A DNA stretch of 64,000 nt from Candidatus Uhrbacteria bacterium (GCA_016219925.1 JACRJU010000003.1:22505-86504), one strand, 5' to 3'; shown: positions 30,427-40,081, counted from the first letter of the stretch. Program-made: numbers and translations. The notes: generated from the letters alone by a model not told the origin.

Positions 30427-33369
30427 ATGAAGCACATTTTCACGCGCATATTTTTGGCGGTACCACGATTGAAGGAGCGTCTGCGCAGTGTGTTAAGCCG
30501 TCCTAAAAACAAAACGGTTGTTTTGACATGTGCCATTCTTGCGGGGACGCTTCTCATTTTGCATCCCGCTTACGCTCTCGGTTTGCCCACAGGAGATGAC
30601 ATCGCCGGAGTCATCGCCTCTATTGCAAACCTGTTTGCCTCTTTGCTCGCTGGCCTCATCACACAGGTGATCGCTTATCTGATTCCGGTGATGCTTTACA
30701 ACAATTTTTCCAACTCGCCTGTCGTGACACAAGGCTGGGCGCTTGTGCGCGACACGGTGAACATGTTTTTTGTGATTGTTTTGATCGTGATCGCGCTTGG
30801 AACGATCTTTGGTCACAAGAAATTTCAATGGCAAACACAAGTTCCGCGCCTTCTCCTCTTTGCGATCGTCATCAATTTTTCTAAAACGCTCGCCGGTATC
30901 ATGATTGACTTCGGACAAGTGGTGATGCTCACGTTTGCCAACGCCCTGCGCGAAATTGCAGCTGGTAACATCATAGAGATGTTCGGTCTTAACAAAGTTT
31001 CCGCATTCACCCCGACAGCCGCGGCCTTCAATCCCACATCGAGCAAGCCTGGCACCAGCGCATGGGATTTGGCATTTGCAAGCCTTGCTGCGGTTTTCAT
31101 CCTGTCTTGGGTGTTGGTCATCATGTTGCTATTGTTTGCCATTTTGTTGTATCGCATTGTCGCGTTGTGGGTTCTCATCGTCCTTGCGCCACTTGCGTGG
31201 TTTGCCGGCGGCGCGGAAATTCTTGGAAGCAGTGCCTATGCTGACTGGTGGAAAAATTTTAAGTGTTTGGTAGCGATCGGCCCCATCGTGACATTTTTTC
31301 TTTGGCTCGCTCTTGCTGTAGCTGGCGCGGCAACGGAAGGATTTGAATCCAGCACCGCTGGCAATCCTGCCAGTTTCTTAACGCAAATTTTTGAATTTCA
31401 GCATTTCATGGGTTTGGTTGTGGGTTCGGCGATGCTTATGGCCGGAATGCAGACCGCTCAACAATTTTGTTCGGTACTGTCTGGAAGTGTTTTGGGCAAA
31501 GCCTTGGGCAAAGCCGCCGCTTTTGGTCCTGGGGCTTTGAGTTTTGGAAAAGGAGCCGCATTAAAAACGACAGGCTGGGGAGCGCGCAAAGTTGGTGGGG
31601 CCGTGAGGGCGGGAGGGCGTGCTGTGGCTTCCTACGGTGGCGCATGGGCGGAAAACAAGAAAGGGCTACGTTTGTTGACTACGCGCGGTCGTGCAGAAAA
31701 ATGGCGCGAGGTTGGGCAATCTTCGGGAAAAGGCGTTTGGGGCAAGACGGTCGGAGTTTTTGCACAACGCCGGGCTGAAGCGGGATACGCGCCGCGCCAT
31801 GAAGAAATTGCAAAAGCAGGGGAGAAGTACAAGAAAGACAGCACGGGCACCAAGATCGCACAGCTTCAACGCTTCGAGCAGACAGGAGCCAAAACTCTTG
31901 GCGGCAAGCGCGAGGCCCAGTCGCTCTTTAAGGATATGCTTGGCGATAAGGACATGCTCAAGAAATATGAAGAGTCTGGTGGCGATGTGAAGGCGTTGTG
32001 GGGCAAGTTTGGAAAGTCCATGGAGCAGGATTTCAAAGGAGATGCGGGGACGCTCGATAAGCTCGCGGGCTTTAAGAAAAAGTATGCCCATGTCACTGGC
32101 TCTTCGAATGATTTGAAAACGTTTGATGATTTCAATGATCTATCCAATCAGGCCGTGCTTGATAAGGACGTTCGTGCTCGCATGGCAAACGCGAAGGTAG
32201 AAATCAAACGCAAAGGCAAACCGGCCGAGGTGATGACAGCCGCAGACGCCGCAGAAAAGGGTTATTTTGGCGCAGACAAACAGGCGTTGTTTAAGGGCGG
32301 ACATGGCGCGCTCGATGATGAACAATTGCGTCGGGCGGACATCGGATCGGTTGTCCAGAATGCCCCCTTAGCCACGACCAATCGCGCGGCCAATTTGGCG
32401 TTCCAAGACAAAAATGTTGGTCGCGTTGGTGAGATTGCTTCATCGCTTCTTGAACAATACAAAAAACCAGACACCACGGATGCGAAGCGGTTTGAAATCG
32501 CGGGGGCGCTTGATAGCCTTAAAGCACAATTGGCCCAGCAACTTTCTTCGGGACAACTCAAAGGGGCTTATGCGAAACAGCTTAAGAGTTTAGACAAAAC
32601 GCTTGATGCGGATCGGGCCGGCGCGGAATCGGCGGCGGGACGCGTTGGATCGGATGGGAAGCCGGTTGGTTCGAATTTTGGCGCCATACCCAAGATCGCT
32701 CAACAAGCAGATCCTTCCGCCTTTATTAAGGCAAACTTTGCAAACGCTTCAGACGCGCGTGTGACGGATGCGAAGGCTCAACTTGGCGGAGAGCTCAATC
32801 AAAAAACAGATGAAGTCTATAAACATTTTCAGGGCATGGTTGGGGCCATTGAGGCGAAGAAAGGTTCGTTAAGCGCAGAAGCGCAAGGGATTCGCAAAGA
32901 GGTGGATGGACTTTGGGATCAATTTAAACAAGTGCGTAAAGCTTCTGAAGATCGCGCCAAAGCCGAAGCAGGCGGTTTGCGCGTGCAGGCACAATCAAAA
33001 CAGAAGGATATTGATCGCAAAGAGGATGATTTCTCGCGTGCCGCATCGCGTGGGGCTGACATTGGAGAATTGTCGAGCATTCGTCAGAGTCTTGATGCCT
33101 TGCGTGCGGATAAAGCCAATCTAGAACATCAGGCGAGTACGGTTGAAAGTTCGGTGGATAAAGATCCACAAGTTATCTCAATCAAGCAGGAGATTGAAAT
33201 CAAAGAACGACAGTTCTCTGAAACGCTTGCTCAAAAGGATGGCATCAGGGCTGATGATGACGAAGCCGCAAAAGCTTTCAAGGATGCCATGGCGCAGTCA
33301 GAGGAAGAAAAACGAAAACTCGAAGAAGCTCTTGCCGCTCTTGAAGCTCTGAAACCGCCTCATGCCTGA
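30427..33369 (+). CDS. VirB6/TrbL-like polytopic membrane protein with long charged coiled-coil C-terminal domain (T4SS-like cluster)
   Basis: About 980 aa. A signal peptide plus roughly 7 TM helices in the first 360 aa, then a K/E/A-rich hydrophilic region of about 600 aa. First gene of a co-directional, overlapping-gene cluster containing PrgI-like and VirB4 genes. An alternative start at 30373 is possible. Confidence 0.5.
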   Translation: MKHIFTRIFLAVPRLKERLRSVLSRPKNKTVVLTCAILAGTLLILHPAYALGLPTGDDIAGVIASIANLFASLLAGLITQVIAYLIPVMLYNNFSNSPVVTQGWALVRDTVNMFFVIVLIVIALGTIFGHKKFQWQTQVPRLLLFAIVINFSKTLAGIMIDFGQVVMLTFANALREIAAGNIIEMFGLNKVSAFTPTAAAFNPTSSKPGTSAWDLAFASLAAVFILSWVLVIMLLLFAILLYRIVALWVLIVLAPLAWFAGGAEILGSSAYADWWKNFKCLVAIGPIVTFFLWLALAVAGAATEGFESSTAGNPASFLTQIFEFQHFMGLVVGSAMLMAGMQTAQQFCSVLSGSVLGKALGKAAAFGPGALSFGKGAALKTTGWGARKVGGAVRAGGRAVASYGGAWAENKKGLRLLTTRGRAEKWREVGQSSGKGVWGKTVGVFAQRRAEAGYAPRHEEIAKAGEKYKKDSTGTKIAQLQRFEQTGAKTLGGKREAQSLFKDMLGDKDMLKKYEESGGDVKALWGKFGKSMEQDFKGDAGTLDKLAGFKKKYAHVTGSSNDLKTFDDFNDLSNQAVLDKDVRARMANAKVEIKRKGKPAEVMTAADAAEKGYFGADKQALFKGGHGALDDEQLRRADIGSVVQNAPLATTNRAANLAFQDKNVGRVGEIASSLLEQYKKPDTTDAKRFEIAGALDSLKAQLAQQLSSGQLKGAYAKQLKSLDKTLDADRAGAESAAGRVGSDGKPVGSNFGAIPKIAQQADPSAFIKANFANASDARVTDAKAQLGGELNQKTDEVYKHFQGMVGAIEAKKGSLSAEAQGIRKEVDGLWDQFKQVRKASEDRAKAEAGGLRVQAQSKQKDIDRKEDDFSRAASRGADIGELSSIRQSLDALRADKANLEHQASTVESSVDKDPQVISIKQEIEIKERQFSETLAQKDGIRADDDEAAKAFKDAMAQSEEEKRKLEEALAALEALKPPHA

Positions 33370-34999
33370 CGTCCCAACTCAACGGCAACTGTCAAAGGAA
33401 GTCCGAGATTATTTTCTCTCGGATGACGTTTTTGCGCAGTATGAAAGAATTGCTGGCGATTATGGATTAAATCAGGAGGAAGCTGTTTCGAGTCTTTCCG
33501 CGCTTGTGTATCAGTTTGTGGCTGGAGTTTTTCCGCTCGACACCCTGCTTAGGAAGATCCAAATGGAGTTTTTGCTCACCACGCCGCGCGCGCAGGAATT
33601 GTTGTCGGCGGTTTTTTTGTACGTCGTCTCTGCCGTCGCGGATCAAGTCAGCGGGCTTTCGCAGGCCCTTGTAGATTGGAAATCCTCTGCGCCACAGGAG
33701 GAAAAAATGACGCCACGCGCTTTCATTCGTCTTTATCTGTCTTCCATTCCAGATCGACTGGATCCGGTTGAGGAACATCGTTTGGAAAATATCTTGTCTC
33801 TTTATCTCCAAGGGGTTCGTTCACGCGAAGAGACGGTCGCTTTTCTTCAAAGACCTCATAAACTCGGCGGCATGGAGATGGAGCAAGATGATGCTATTGA
33901 AATGTTGGCGGAGTTTGAGTTGCGAAAACAGGCCGTCGTTTTTTCGGATGAGATCGAACCCCCTACACCCTCTACCGTCTCCACACCCCCTGCTGTCTCT
34001 ATACCTTCTGCTCCTGCGCTCGATGTTTTTTCCTCAGACGATGCCGAAGAAGTCGCTCATCATGCTCAAAAAGACGCATCCCCATCTTCAAACACCATCT
34101 CGTTGAGCGCCGACGAGCTTTTAGCACGTATCTGTCAAAATGATGCATTTGTTTTTTCTGATCCGCAAAAGCAAAAACGCTGTCAGGAAATTGTGTCCGC
34201 ACGCGTGCGGGATGTGCGTGACGCGTTTCAAACGCGCGCTCTTCTTGAGCAATCAATAGATCAAGGGGGTCTTGGGATTCACGGTCTTCAGCTGGCTCAG
34301 ATGGTTGAGCAAATTGAGCAGGTGGTGGATGCCCAACAACGCGAGTCACAAAAAAATCTTGAGCAAGAGCGCACGGCGTCTTCAGAGCAAAAAAAACAAA
34401 AACAACAAATACAAGATCAGCTTCGCATCAAAGAAGAGCAAGTGCTCGCAAAGCGATATGTTCAGACGACGGGACAACTGCCGACAGAGCCCGTAGCTCC
34501 AGCCGCGCCTCCCTTGGCTCGTGCATCCGCTGCGTTTTCGCCCCAAGCGCAAATCGAAAAACAAGAAGCTCGTGTGGACGCGCAGAAAGTACGCGCTATT
34601 GTGCAGAAGGCCGCTTCAGCTCAACCTCTGCCAACACCTCCCCCCGCGCCGCGCGGTCGCGTTCAGGATATTCAGATGAGTCATCGACTTTCTGGACCTT
34701 TGGAAGAACTTGGAAGCATGGATCTCACCGCTTTTCGCCGTTTATCGCATGAGCCCGCGCAAGCCGCTTCGCGGTTAATGGATTTGGTGGGGTTGCTTGA
34801 AAATCAAAGTTACGAAAAGCGTGTTGAAGGGATTAAAATGTTAAAGCGGTCGCCTTTAATGCACGTGTATGCCTCCGTGACGCAGAAGGCTCTTCTGGGT
34901 GGAAAATCTGTTGATGAGGTATTGTCACAAGATCTCCAAGGGTTGAAGCTTGCCGAGTATCAAGCGCTTATGGAGGTAAACGCATCTTTGCGATTCTGA
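33362..34999 (+). CDS. Hypothetical protein (Pro-rich segment plus Q/K-rich coiled coil), T4SS-like cluster
   Basis: 545 aa; 8-nt overlap with the upstream gene; no recognisable catalytic motif. Confidence 0.4.
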   Translation: MPDVPTQRQLSKEVRDYFLSDDVFAQYERIAGDYGLNQEEAVSSLSALVYQFVAGVFPLDTLLRKIQMEFLLTTPRAQELLSAVFLYVVSAVADQVSGLSQALVDWKSSAPQEEKMTPRAFIRLYLSSIPDRLDPVEEHRLENILSLYLQGVRSREETVAFLQRPHKLGGMEMEQDDAIEMLAEFELRKQAVVFSDEIEPPTPSTVSTPPAVSIPSAPALDVFSSDDAEEVAHHAQKDASPSSNTISLSADELLARICQNDAFVFSDPQKQKRCQEIVSARVRDVRDAFQTRALLEQSIDQGGLGIHGLQLAQMVEQIEQVVDAQQRESQKNLEQERTASSEQKKQKQQIQDQLRIKEEQVLAKRYVQTTGQLPTEPVAPAAPPLARASAAFSPQAQIEKQEARVDAQKVRAIVQKAASAQPLPTPPPAPRGRVQDIQMSHRLSGPLEELGSMDLTAFRRLSHEPAQAASRLMDLVGLLENQSYEKRVEGIKMLKRSPLMHVYASVTQKALLGGKSVDEVLSQDLQGLKLAEYQALMEVNASLRF

Positions 35000-35042
35000 T
35001 ACAATGGAGAGAAGAAAGTAGCAAAGGAGTAAAATAACAGAT

Positions 35043-35474
35043 ATGCCCGATCAGTTCGTTGTTCCACAGTTTATTGATGCCGAAGATAAAATTTTCGGGC
35101 CGATCACGGCTCGGCAGTTTATTATTCTCATGGTGACCGGGCTGATTGACTTTGCGCTTTTCAAACTATTTTCATTTGTGACGTTTCTGCTTATTGGCAT
35201 TCCGGTCATCATCATCGGCGGGACGTTTGCCTTCGGAAAAGTGAATGGACAGGTTTTTCATTACTTCATGTTGAATCTCATCCAAACCGCAAAGAAACCG
35301 AAACTCCGTGTCTGGGAGAAAGTTTACAATGATGCAATATTGCGGTCGTATATTAAAGAAGAGATTCCTCCTCCGCCACCCCCTCCGCCGCATAAAGCGC
35401 CGATCTCTACATCGCGCCTTAATGAGTTGACGTTGGTGGTGAATACGGGCGGAGTGTATCAACCGGAGGAATGA
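35043..35474 (+). CDS. PrgI/VirB3-like small membrane protein
   Basis: 143 aa; N-terminal VPQFIDAEDKIFGPITARQ (PrgI-family signature KIxGPxTxRQ) followed by two TM helices; poly-Pro tract PPPPPPPPH; overlaps the next gene by 4 nt. Confidence 0.55.
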   Translation: MPDQFVVPQFIDAEDKIFGPITARQFIILMVTGLIDFALFKLFSFVTFLLIGIPVIIIGGTFAFGKVNGQVFHYFMLNLIQTAKKPKLRVWEKVYNDAILRSYIKEEIPPPPPPPPHKAPISTSRLNELTLVVNTGGVYQPEE

Positions 35475-36169
35475 GATTTATGCCCGAAATGCAATCCAAA
35501 AAACTGGCAAAATCAAAGCCGGGTCCTGCGACCACGACCTATCTTGATATTTCGGAGATTCGTGATGACATGGTCATTCTCAAAGACGGCACCGTGCGCG
35601 CAGTCCTTTTGGTTTCAAGCATCAACTTTGCGCTCAAGTCCGAAGAGGAACAAGAGGCGATCATTCAGGCCTACATGTCTTTTCTTAACAGTCTCGAATT
35701 CTCTTTGCAGGTGGTCATTCAATCGCGCCGCATGAACATCGATGCGTATATGGCCGCTTTGGGTGAACAGCAACGCAAAACGCAAAACGAACTTCTGCGT
35801 GCGCAGATTGCAGATTATCGAACATTCGTTGAGGAATTGGTTGAACTCGGTCAAATCATGCAAAAGCGATTTTATGTGGTGATGCCCTATGATCCGCTCA
35901 CCAACAAGAAGAAGAATTTTTGGACGCGGCTTGGAGAAGCGATGTCGCCCGCGGCCTCGGCCAAACTCAACCAAAAACAGTTAGCGGATCGTATTGAACA
36001 GCTTTCGCGACGCGTGGAAATCGTGCAAGGTCAGCTCAATAGCATGGGACTCAACAGCGCGCGCTTGGATACGCAAAGTCTGATCGAGCTCTATTACAAT
36101 GCCTATAATCCAGATGTTTTTGAAACAGAAAAGATGGCGGAACTTTCGGAGTTTCAGTTCGAATCATAA
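35471..36169 (+). CDS. VirB4 N-terminal-domain protein (stand-alone)
   Basis: 232 aa; DISEIRDDMVILKDGTVRAVLLVSSINFALKSEEEQEAIIQAYMSFLNSL...RFYVVMPYDP matches the N-terminal domain pattern of Gram-positive VirB4 (TrsE/PrgJ-type). Separated from the ATPase ORF by a TAA stop and a 2-nt gap in a different frame. Confidence 0.5.
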   Translation: MRFMPEMQSKKLAKSKPGPATTTYLDISEIRDDMVILKDGTVRAVLLVSSINFALKSEEEQEAIIQAYMSFLNSLEFSLQVVIQSRRMNIDAYMAALGEQQRKTQNELLRAQIADYRTFVEELVELGQIMQKRFYVVMPYDPLTNKKKNFWTRLGEAMSPAASAKLNQKQLADRIEQLSRRVEIVQGQLNSMGLNSARLDTQSLIELYYNAYNPDVFETEKMAELSEFQFES

Positions 36170-36171
36170 GT

Positions 36172-38271
36172 ATGCCGATTGACATAGGAGCCCTCAAACA
36201 AAAAATGCCCACTCCGCCGCCGGTGAAGCCTAAACAGGTCAAACCGGAGGAGGCGCGCGTGCAGAAAGAACGCGAAGCGCTGGAGGAGGAACGCATTTAT
36301 CGCAAAGGTGTCGTGACCGTGAAAGATATTATTTCACCGGCCGCTTTTGAAGTTCTCCCACGCTCTTTGCGGCTCAACGGCATGTTTTTACGGACGCTCT
36401 TTATCATCAACTATCCGCGTCACATCGGATTGAGGTGGTCATCACCGCTCATTAATCTCAACAAGACGTTCGATGTCGCCATGTTTTTTTATCCGATCAA
36501 GGCCAACATCATCTTAAAACAGCTCCAAAAGAAGGTTGGTGTTTTGGAGGCTGGGATTTTTGCGGGCGCAGAAAAAGGCGCGCCGCGCGACCCGCTTTCC
36601 GAGACGGCCCTGCGCGATGTAGAAGCCTTGCGCGATGCGCTGACTCAAGGCATTGAGCATTTTTTCCAGTTCGCGTTTTATGTGACGATTTACGCGACGT
36701 CCGAGGAAGAGTTAGACCGTTACACCAGTGAAGTCGAAGCGATTTTTGGCAGTAAGCTTATCTACACGAAAGCCGGATTTTATCAGGCAGAGCAGGGGTT
36801 CAATTCCACCATTCCGCTTGGCAACGATGAGTTGATGATCAATTACAACATGAATACGTCGCCGATCGCGGCGTCATTTCCGTTCATTAGCTCCGATCTC
36901 ACTTCCGACAACGGTATTTTGTACGGTATCAACCGCCACAACAACTCGCTAATTTTATTTGATCGTTTCAGCTTGCAAAACGCGAACTCGGTCGTATTCG
37001 CGACCTCCGGCGCGGGAAAATCATACACGATCAAACTTGAGATTTTGCGTTCGCTCATGATGGGAGTGGACGTCATTGTGATTGACCCTGAGATGGAATA
37101 CAAACATCTTTCCGATGCGGTCGGCGGAACTTACATCAATGTCTCGCTCGCTTCAGATGCGAAAGTGAATCCCTTTGATCTTCCGCGCGCGGTCGGAGAG
37201 GGGACAAAAGTTGATGATATTATTCGAAGCGCCATTATCACCCTCAAAGGACTTTTGCGCATCATGATCGGGACGCCGATTGGTGAACAAGGGAAATTGG
37301 GATTCACGCCGGAGGAAGATTCTGTTCTTGATCGCGCGCTCATCGAGACTTACGCCAAAAAGGACATCACCCCTGACTTGATCTCGCTTGCCGACGTGGA
37401 GGCGCCGATCATGCAGGATTTTCAAGATGTGCTCGAAGGCATGGAGGGGGCCGAAGCGATCGTGGCTCGTTTGAAAAAATTTACCGAAGGGACGTTTTCG
37501 GGACTGTTAAATTCTCCGACGACAGTGCAGATGAATAACCAGCTCGTGGTGTTTTCTGTCCGCGATTTGGAAGACGAGCTCCGGCCGGTCGGCATCTATT
37601 CGATCGTGAATTACATTTGGAATGTGACGCGATCGGAGCGCAAGAAACGCGTGTTGGTGATTGATGAAGCGTGGTGGCTGATGACGAACGAAGATTCGGC
37701 GAAGTTTATTTTCGCGCTCGTGAAGCGCGCGCGAAAATACTACTTGGGGGTGACCACGATCACGCAAGATGTCAACGACTTTTTGCGTTCGCCATACGGT
37801 CAGGCGATCGTGACCAACTCCGCGATGCAGGTTCTCCTTAAACAGTCGCCGTCGGCTGTGGATAATGTTCAACAGACATTTAACCTGACGGACGGTGAAA
37901 AATATCTTTTACTGGAGTCGGGAGTAGGGGAGGGGATCTTTTTTGCCGGACAAAAACACGCCGCCATCAAAATCGTCGCTTCTTATACGGAAGATCAAAT
38001 CGTGACAACCAATCCGCAACAGTTGCTCGAAATTGAACGGGCGAAAAAAGAATTTGAAGAACAAGAGACGGCCGCGGAAGCTGGCGAGAAAACGTCGAAA
38101 CCTCCCGCGGGTGGACAGGTCGGTGGGGAACAGGCCGATCGTGCGGATGAAGCGTTCGATATCGAAAAAGAAGCCAAAGAGGCGCAAAATACCGCCGCGG
38201 CCAAGCTGTTGAATCAAGAACAAGTCGGCGAAGCGGAAGCTCAAAAAATTCGTGATTCTCTTCAAGTATGA
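36172..38271 (+). CDS. VirB4/TraC/TrsE-family type IV secretion ATPase
   Basis: 699 aa; Walker A FATSGAGKSYT, Walker B with VirB4 hallmark VLVIDEAWWLM, ITQDVNDF motif; N-terminal region FLRTLFIINYPRHIGLRW typical of Gram-positive VirB4. Confidence 0.85.
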   Translation: MPIDIGALKQKMPTPPPVKPKQVKPEEARVQKEREALEEERIYRKGVVTVKDIISPAAFEVLPRSLRLNGMFLRTLFIINYPRHIGLRWSSPLINLNKTFDVAMFFYPIKANIILKQLQKKVGVLEAGIFAGAEKGAPRDPLSETALRDVEALRDALTQGIEHFFQFAFYVTIYATSEEELDRYTSEVEAIFGSKLIYTKAGFYQAEQGFNSTIPLGNDELMINYNMNTSPIAASFPFISSDLTSDNGILYGINRHNNSLILFDRFSLQNANSVVFATSGAGKSYTIKLEILRSLMMGVDVIVIDPEMEYKHLSDAVGGTYINVSLASDAKVNPFDLPRAVGEGTKVDDIIRSAIITLKGLLRIMIGTPIGEQGKLGFTPEEDSVLDRALIETYAKKDITPDLISLADVEAPIMQDFQDVLEGMEGAEAIVARLKKFTEGTFSGLLNSPTTVQMNNQLVVFSVRDLEDELRPVGIYSIVNYIWNVTRSERKKRVLVIDEAWWLMTNEDSAKFIFALVKRARKYYLGVTTITQDVNDFLRSPYGQAIVTNSAMQVLLKQSPSAVDNVQQTFNLTDGEKYLLLESGVGEGIFFAGQKHAAIKIVASYTEDQIVTTNPQQLLEIERAKKEFEEQETAAEAGEKTSKPPAGGQVGGEQADRADEAFDIEKEAKEAQNTAAAKLLNQEQVGEAEAQKIRDSLQV

Positions 38272-38852
38272 TGGTGACTCGCAAAACACGCCTTATCGTT
38301 CTTGGTTTAATCGCGTTGGTTCTCTTGTTGTTAATCGTTTGGCTCTTCTTGTTTTTAAGAAGGCCGTCTGCCACACCAGCGTCTTCCGAGCCGGTTCTAA
38401 CGGAAGATCAAAAACACATTCCGGAGATTTCTCAACCGACGCTAAAAGATGAGGAACTGAAGAAGGAACAGCAAACGCGAGAAGTTTCCGTGGGAGCCAC
38501 GACGCTTGCTAAATTGTTTGCCGAGCGTTACGGCAGTTATTCCAATGAGGCCCACTTTCAGAATTTGTTTGATGTCATGCCTCTGATGACGGAAAGTTTT
38601 GCCCAAAAGACGAAGGCTTTTGTTGCTTCAACCACTTTACCTGATACGTATTACGGGGTATCGACGCGCGTGTTGACCGTGAAGGTTGAAGCGCTTGATG
38701 ATGCGGCAGGAACCGCAACGATTAGCATGCAAACGCAACGCGAAGTGGCACAAGGGTCTACGCAAAATGTAAACGTTATGTATCAAGAGATTCGTTTGTC
38801 GCTTGTGAAGCAGGCTGGCGTATGGAAGGTGGATTCAGCGGATTGGCAGTAA
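38268..38852 (+). CDS. Bitopic membrane protein, possible VirB8/NTF2-like T4SS component
   Basis: 194 aa; N-terminal TM (LIVLGLIALVLLLLIVWLFLFL) plus a soluble domain of about 150 aa; ATGA overlap with the VirB4 stop. The VirB8 assignment rests only on size, topology and gene position. Confidence 0.3.
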   Translation: MMVTRKTRLIVLGLIALVLLLLIVWLFLFLRRPSATPASSEPVLTEDQKHIPEISQPTLKDEELKKEQQTREVSVGATTLAKLFAERYGSYSNEAHFQNLFDVMPLMTESFAQKTKAFVASTTLPDTYYGVSTRVLTVKVEALDDAAGTATISMQTQREVAQGSTQNVNVMYQEIRLSLVKQAGVWKVDSADWQ

Positions 38853-38854
38853 CA

Positions 38855-38948
38855 AGACCTCTGCAAAACTCGCGATCTTTGCTCTCACGGGCACCCGTTG
38901 ACCCCACTTTCCCTTTTGAGCAAATTTCATCGAGTTGTGCAGAGGTCT
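38855..38948. repeat. MITE-like repeat element copy 2 (terminal inverted repeats AGACCTCTGCAAAACTCG / CGAGTTGTGCAGAGGTCT)
   Basis: Shares the terminal inverted repeats and the internal CGCGATCTTTGCTCTCACGGGCACCC with the copy at 6705-6830; located between the VirB8-like gene and comF. Confidence 0.6.
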
Positions 38949-38969
38949 TTCACGAAAGCATGGCCATGG

Positions 38970-39647
38970 ATGGTTGAAGCGCTATTCCCACGCTTTTGTT
39001 TGGGGTGCCATCGGGAAGGAACCGTGTGGTGCGAGACTTGTTCACAGACGTGGTGGCCGTTGGGGACGCCTTCGGGGTGTCCTTTTTGTAATCGATCTGG
39101 AACGGGCACAACGTGCGTTGATTGTCGGCCGTCGGTTTTTTTGGATGGGTTGAGTGTTTTTGCTTCGTATGGGAATCCGGTTGTTCGCGAAGCAATCGGA
39201 CAATGGAAGTATGTCGGTGATTCTGCGGTGCGTCCGGTGATACGCGAGTGGTTGTTGCGCGCCGCGCCGCGCATGTGTCCGCCCCGTGTGAGCGAAGCAG
39301 TCTGTGCTCCCGTGCCCCTGCATATTTCAAAACGTCGCGCTCGCGGATTTGATCAAGCGGGAGAACTTACGGATTGGTGCGCGGAGATTTTTTCCGTGCC
39401 GGCGTATGATCTGTTGGTGCGTCGGTCATCGAATGTTTCGCAAGCGCATCGTACGCAGGGTCAGCGCGCGGTAGGCGAATTGGATCATCTGTTTAAGATC
39501 CGTGCGGCGATTGATGTTCTGCCGCAAAGGGTGATTTTGTGTGATGATGTTTTTACTTCTGGAGCGACGATGGACAGCGCCGCGCGTTGTTTGAAGGAAG
39601 CAGGTGTCTCTGAAGTTTGGGGATTCGTCCTGGCCAAAGGAGGATAG
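38970..39647 (+). CDS. comF: ComF family protein (ComFC; phosphoribosyltransferase domain, DNA-uptake associated)
   Basis: N-terminal 4-Cys zinc finger (CLGCHREG...CETC; CPFC...CVDC) and PRTase motif VILCDDVFTSGATMD. The probable start is the ATG at 38970, because the ORF-track start at 38898 lies inside the repeat element. Confidence 0.85.
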   Translation: MVEALFPRFCLGCHREGTVWCETCSQTWWPLGTPSGCPFCNRSGTGTTCVDCRPSVFLDGLSVFASYGNPVVREAIGQWKYVGDSAVRPVIREWLLRAAPRMCPPRVSEAVCAPVPLHISKRRARGFDQAGELTDWCAEIFSVPAYDLLVRRSSNVSQAHRTQGQRAVGELDHLFKIRAAIDVLPQRVILCDDVFTSGATMDSAARCLKEAGVSEVWGFVLAKGG

Positions 39648-39656
39648 TAAATTCAA

Positions 39657-39881
39657 TTACGCCGCTTTGAGATGCGCGGCTTCTTCAGCGGCAGATTGCA
39701 GCTGATCCATTAGTCTCTTATAGGTTTTTGCAGTTTGTTCGTCTACTTTTCCGGCTTGCAAAGCCAAGATGAATGCCATTGTTCCAGGATATCCGTGTTG
39801 ATCTGCAAAATCATGCACGGCGCGCAACAGTTGGTCTAACGTGCTCATTTTAATTTCGGGCCGATGGGTGGGAGTCTCCAT
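39657..39881 (-). CDS. Small hypothetical protein
   Basis: About 74 aa from the METPTHRPEIK start; promoter-like TTGTAA...TTTAATAT immediately upstream; no known motif. Confidence 0.3.
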   Translation of the reverse strand: METPTHRPEIKMSTLDQLLRAVHDFADQHGYPGTMAFILALQAGKVDEQTAKTYKRLMDQLQSAAEEAAHLKAA

Positions 39882-40081
39882 AGATATTAAACTTACAAAT
39901 TGACGGTGTTTGTTTAAAAATATCCGAACGGAACTGGCTGGGCTCGGCGGGCGGAATTCCCCCCACACCCCCCCTCCGCCCGCCTCGCCTTGCTTGCCCG
40001 ACCGAAACTCGTGAGTGAAGGCGGGAACCGGAGCGGAAAGGACGATTTCAAGTTTTTCTTTGGCGGCAAATTCTAGGATAT

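Noticed and set aside
28641-30557. 638-aa minus-strand ORF
   Set aside because: Antisense shadow ORF of the high-GC M23 peptidase gene.
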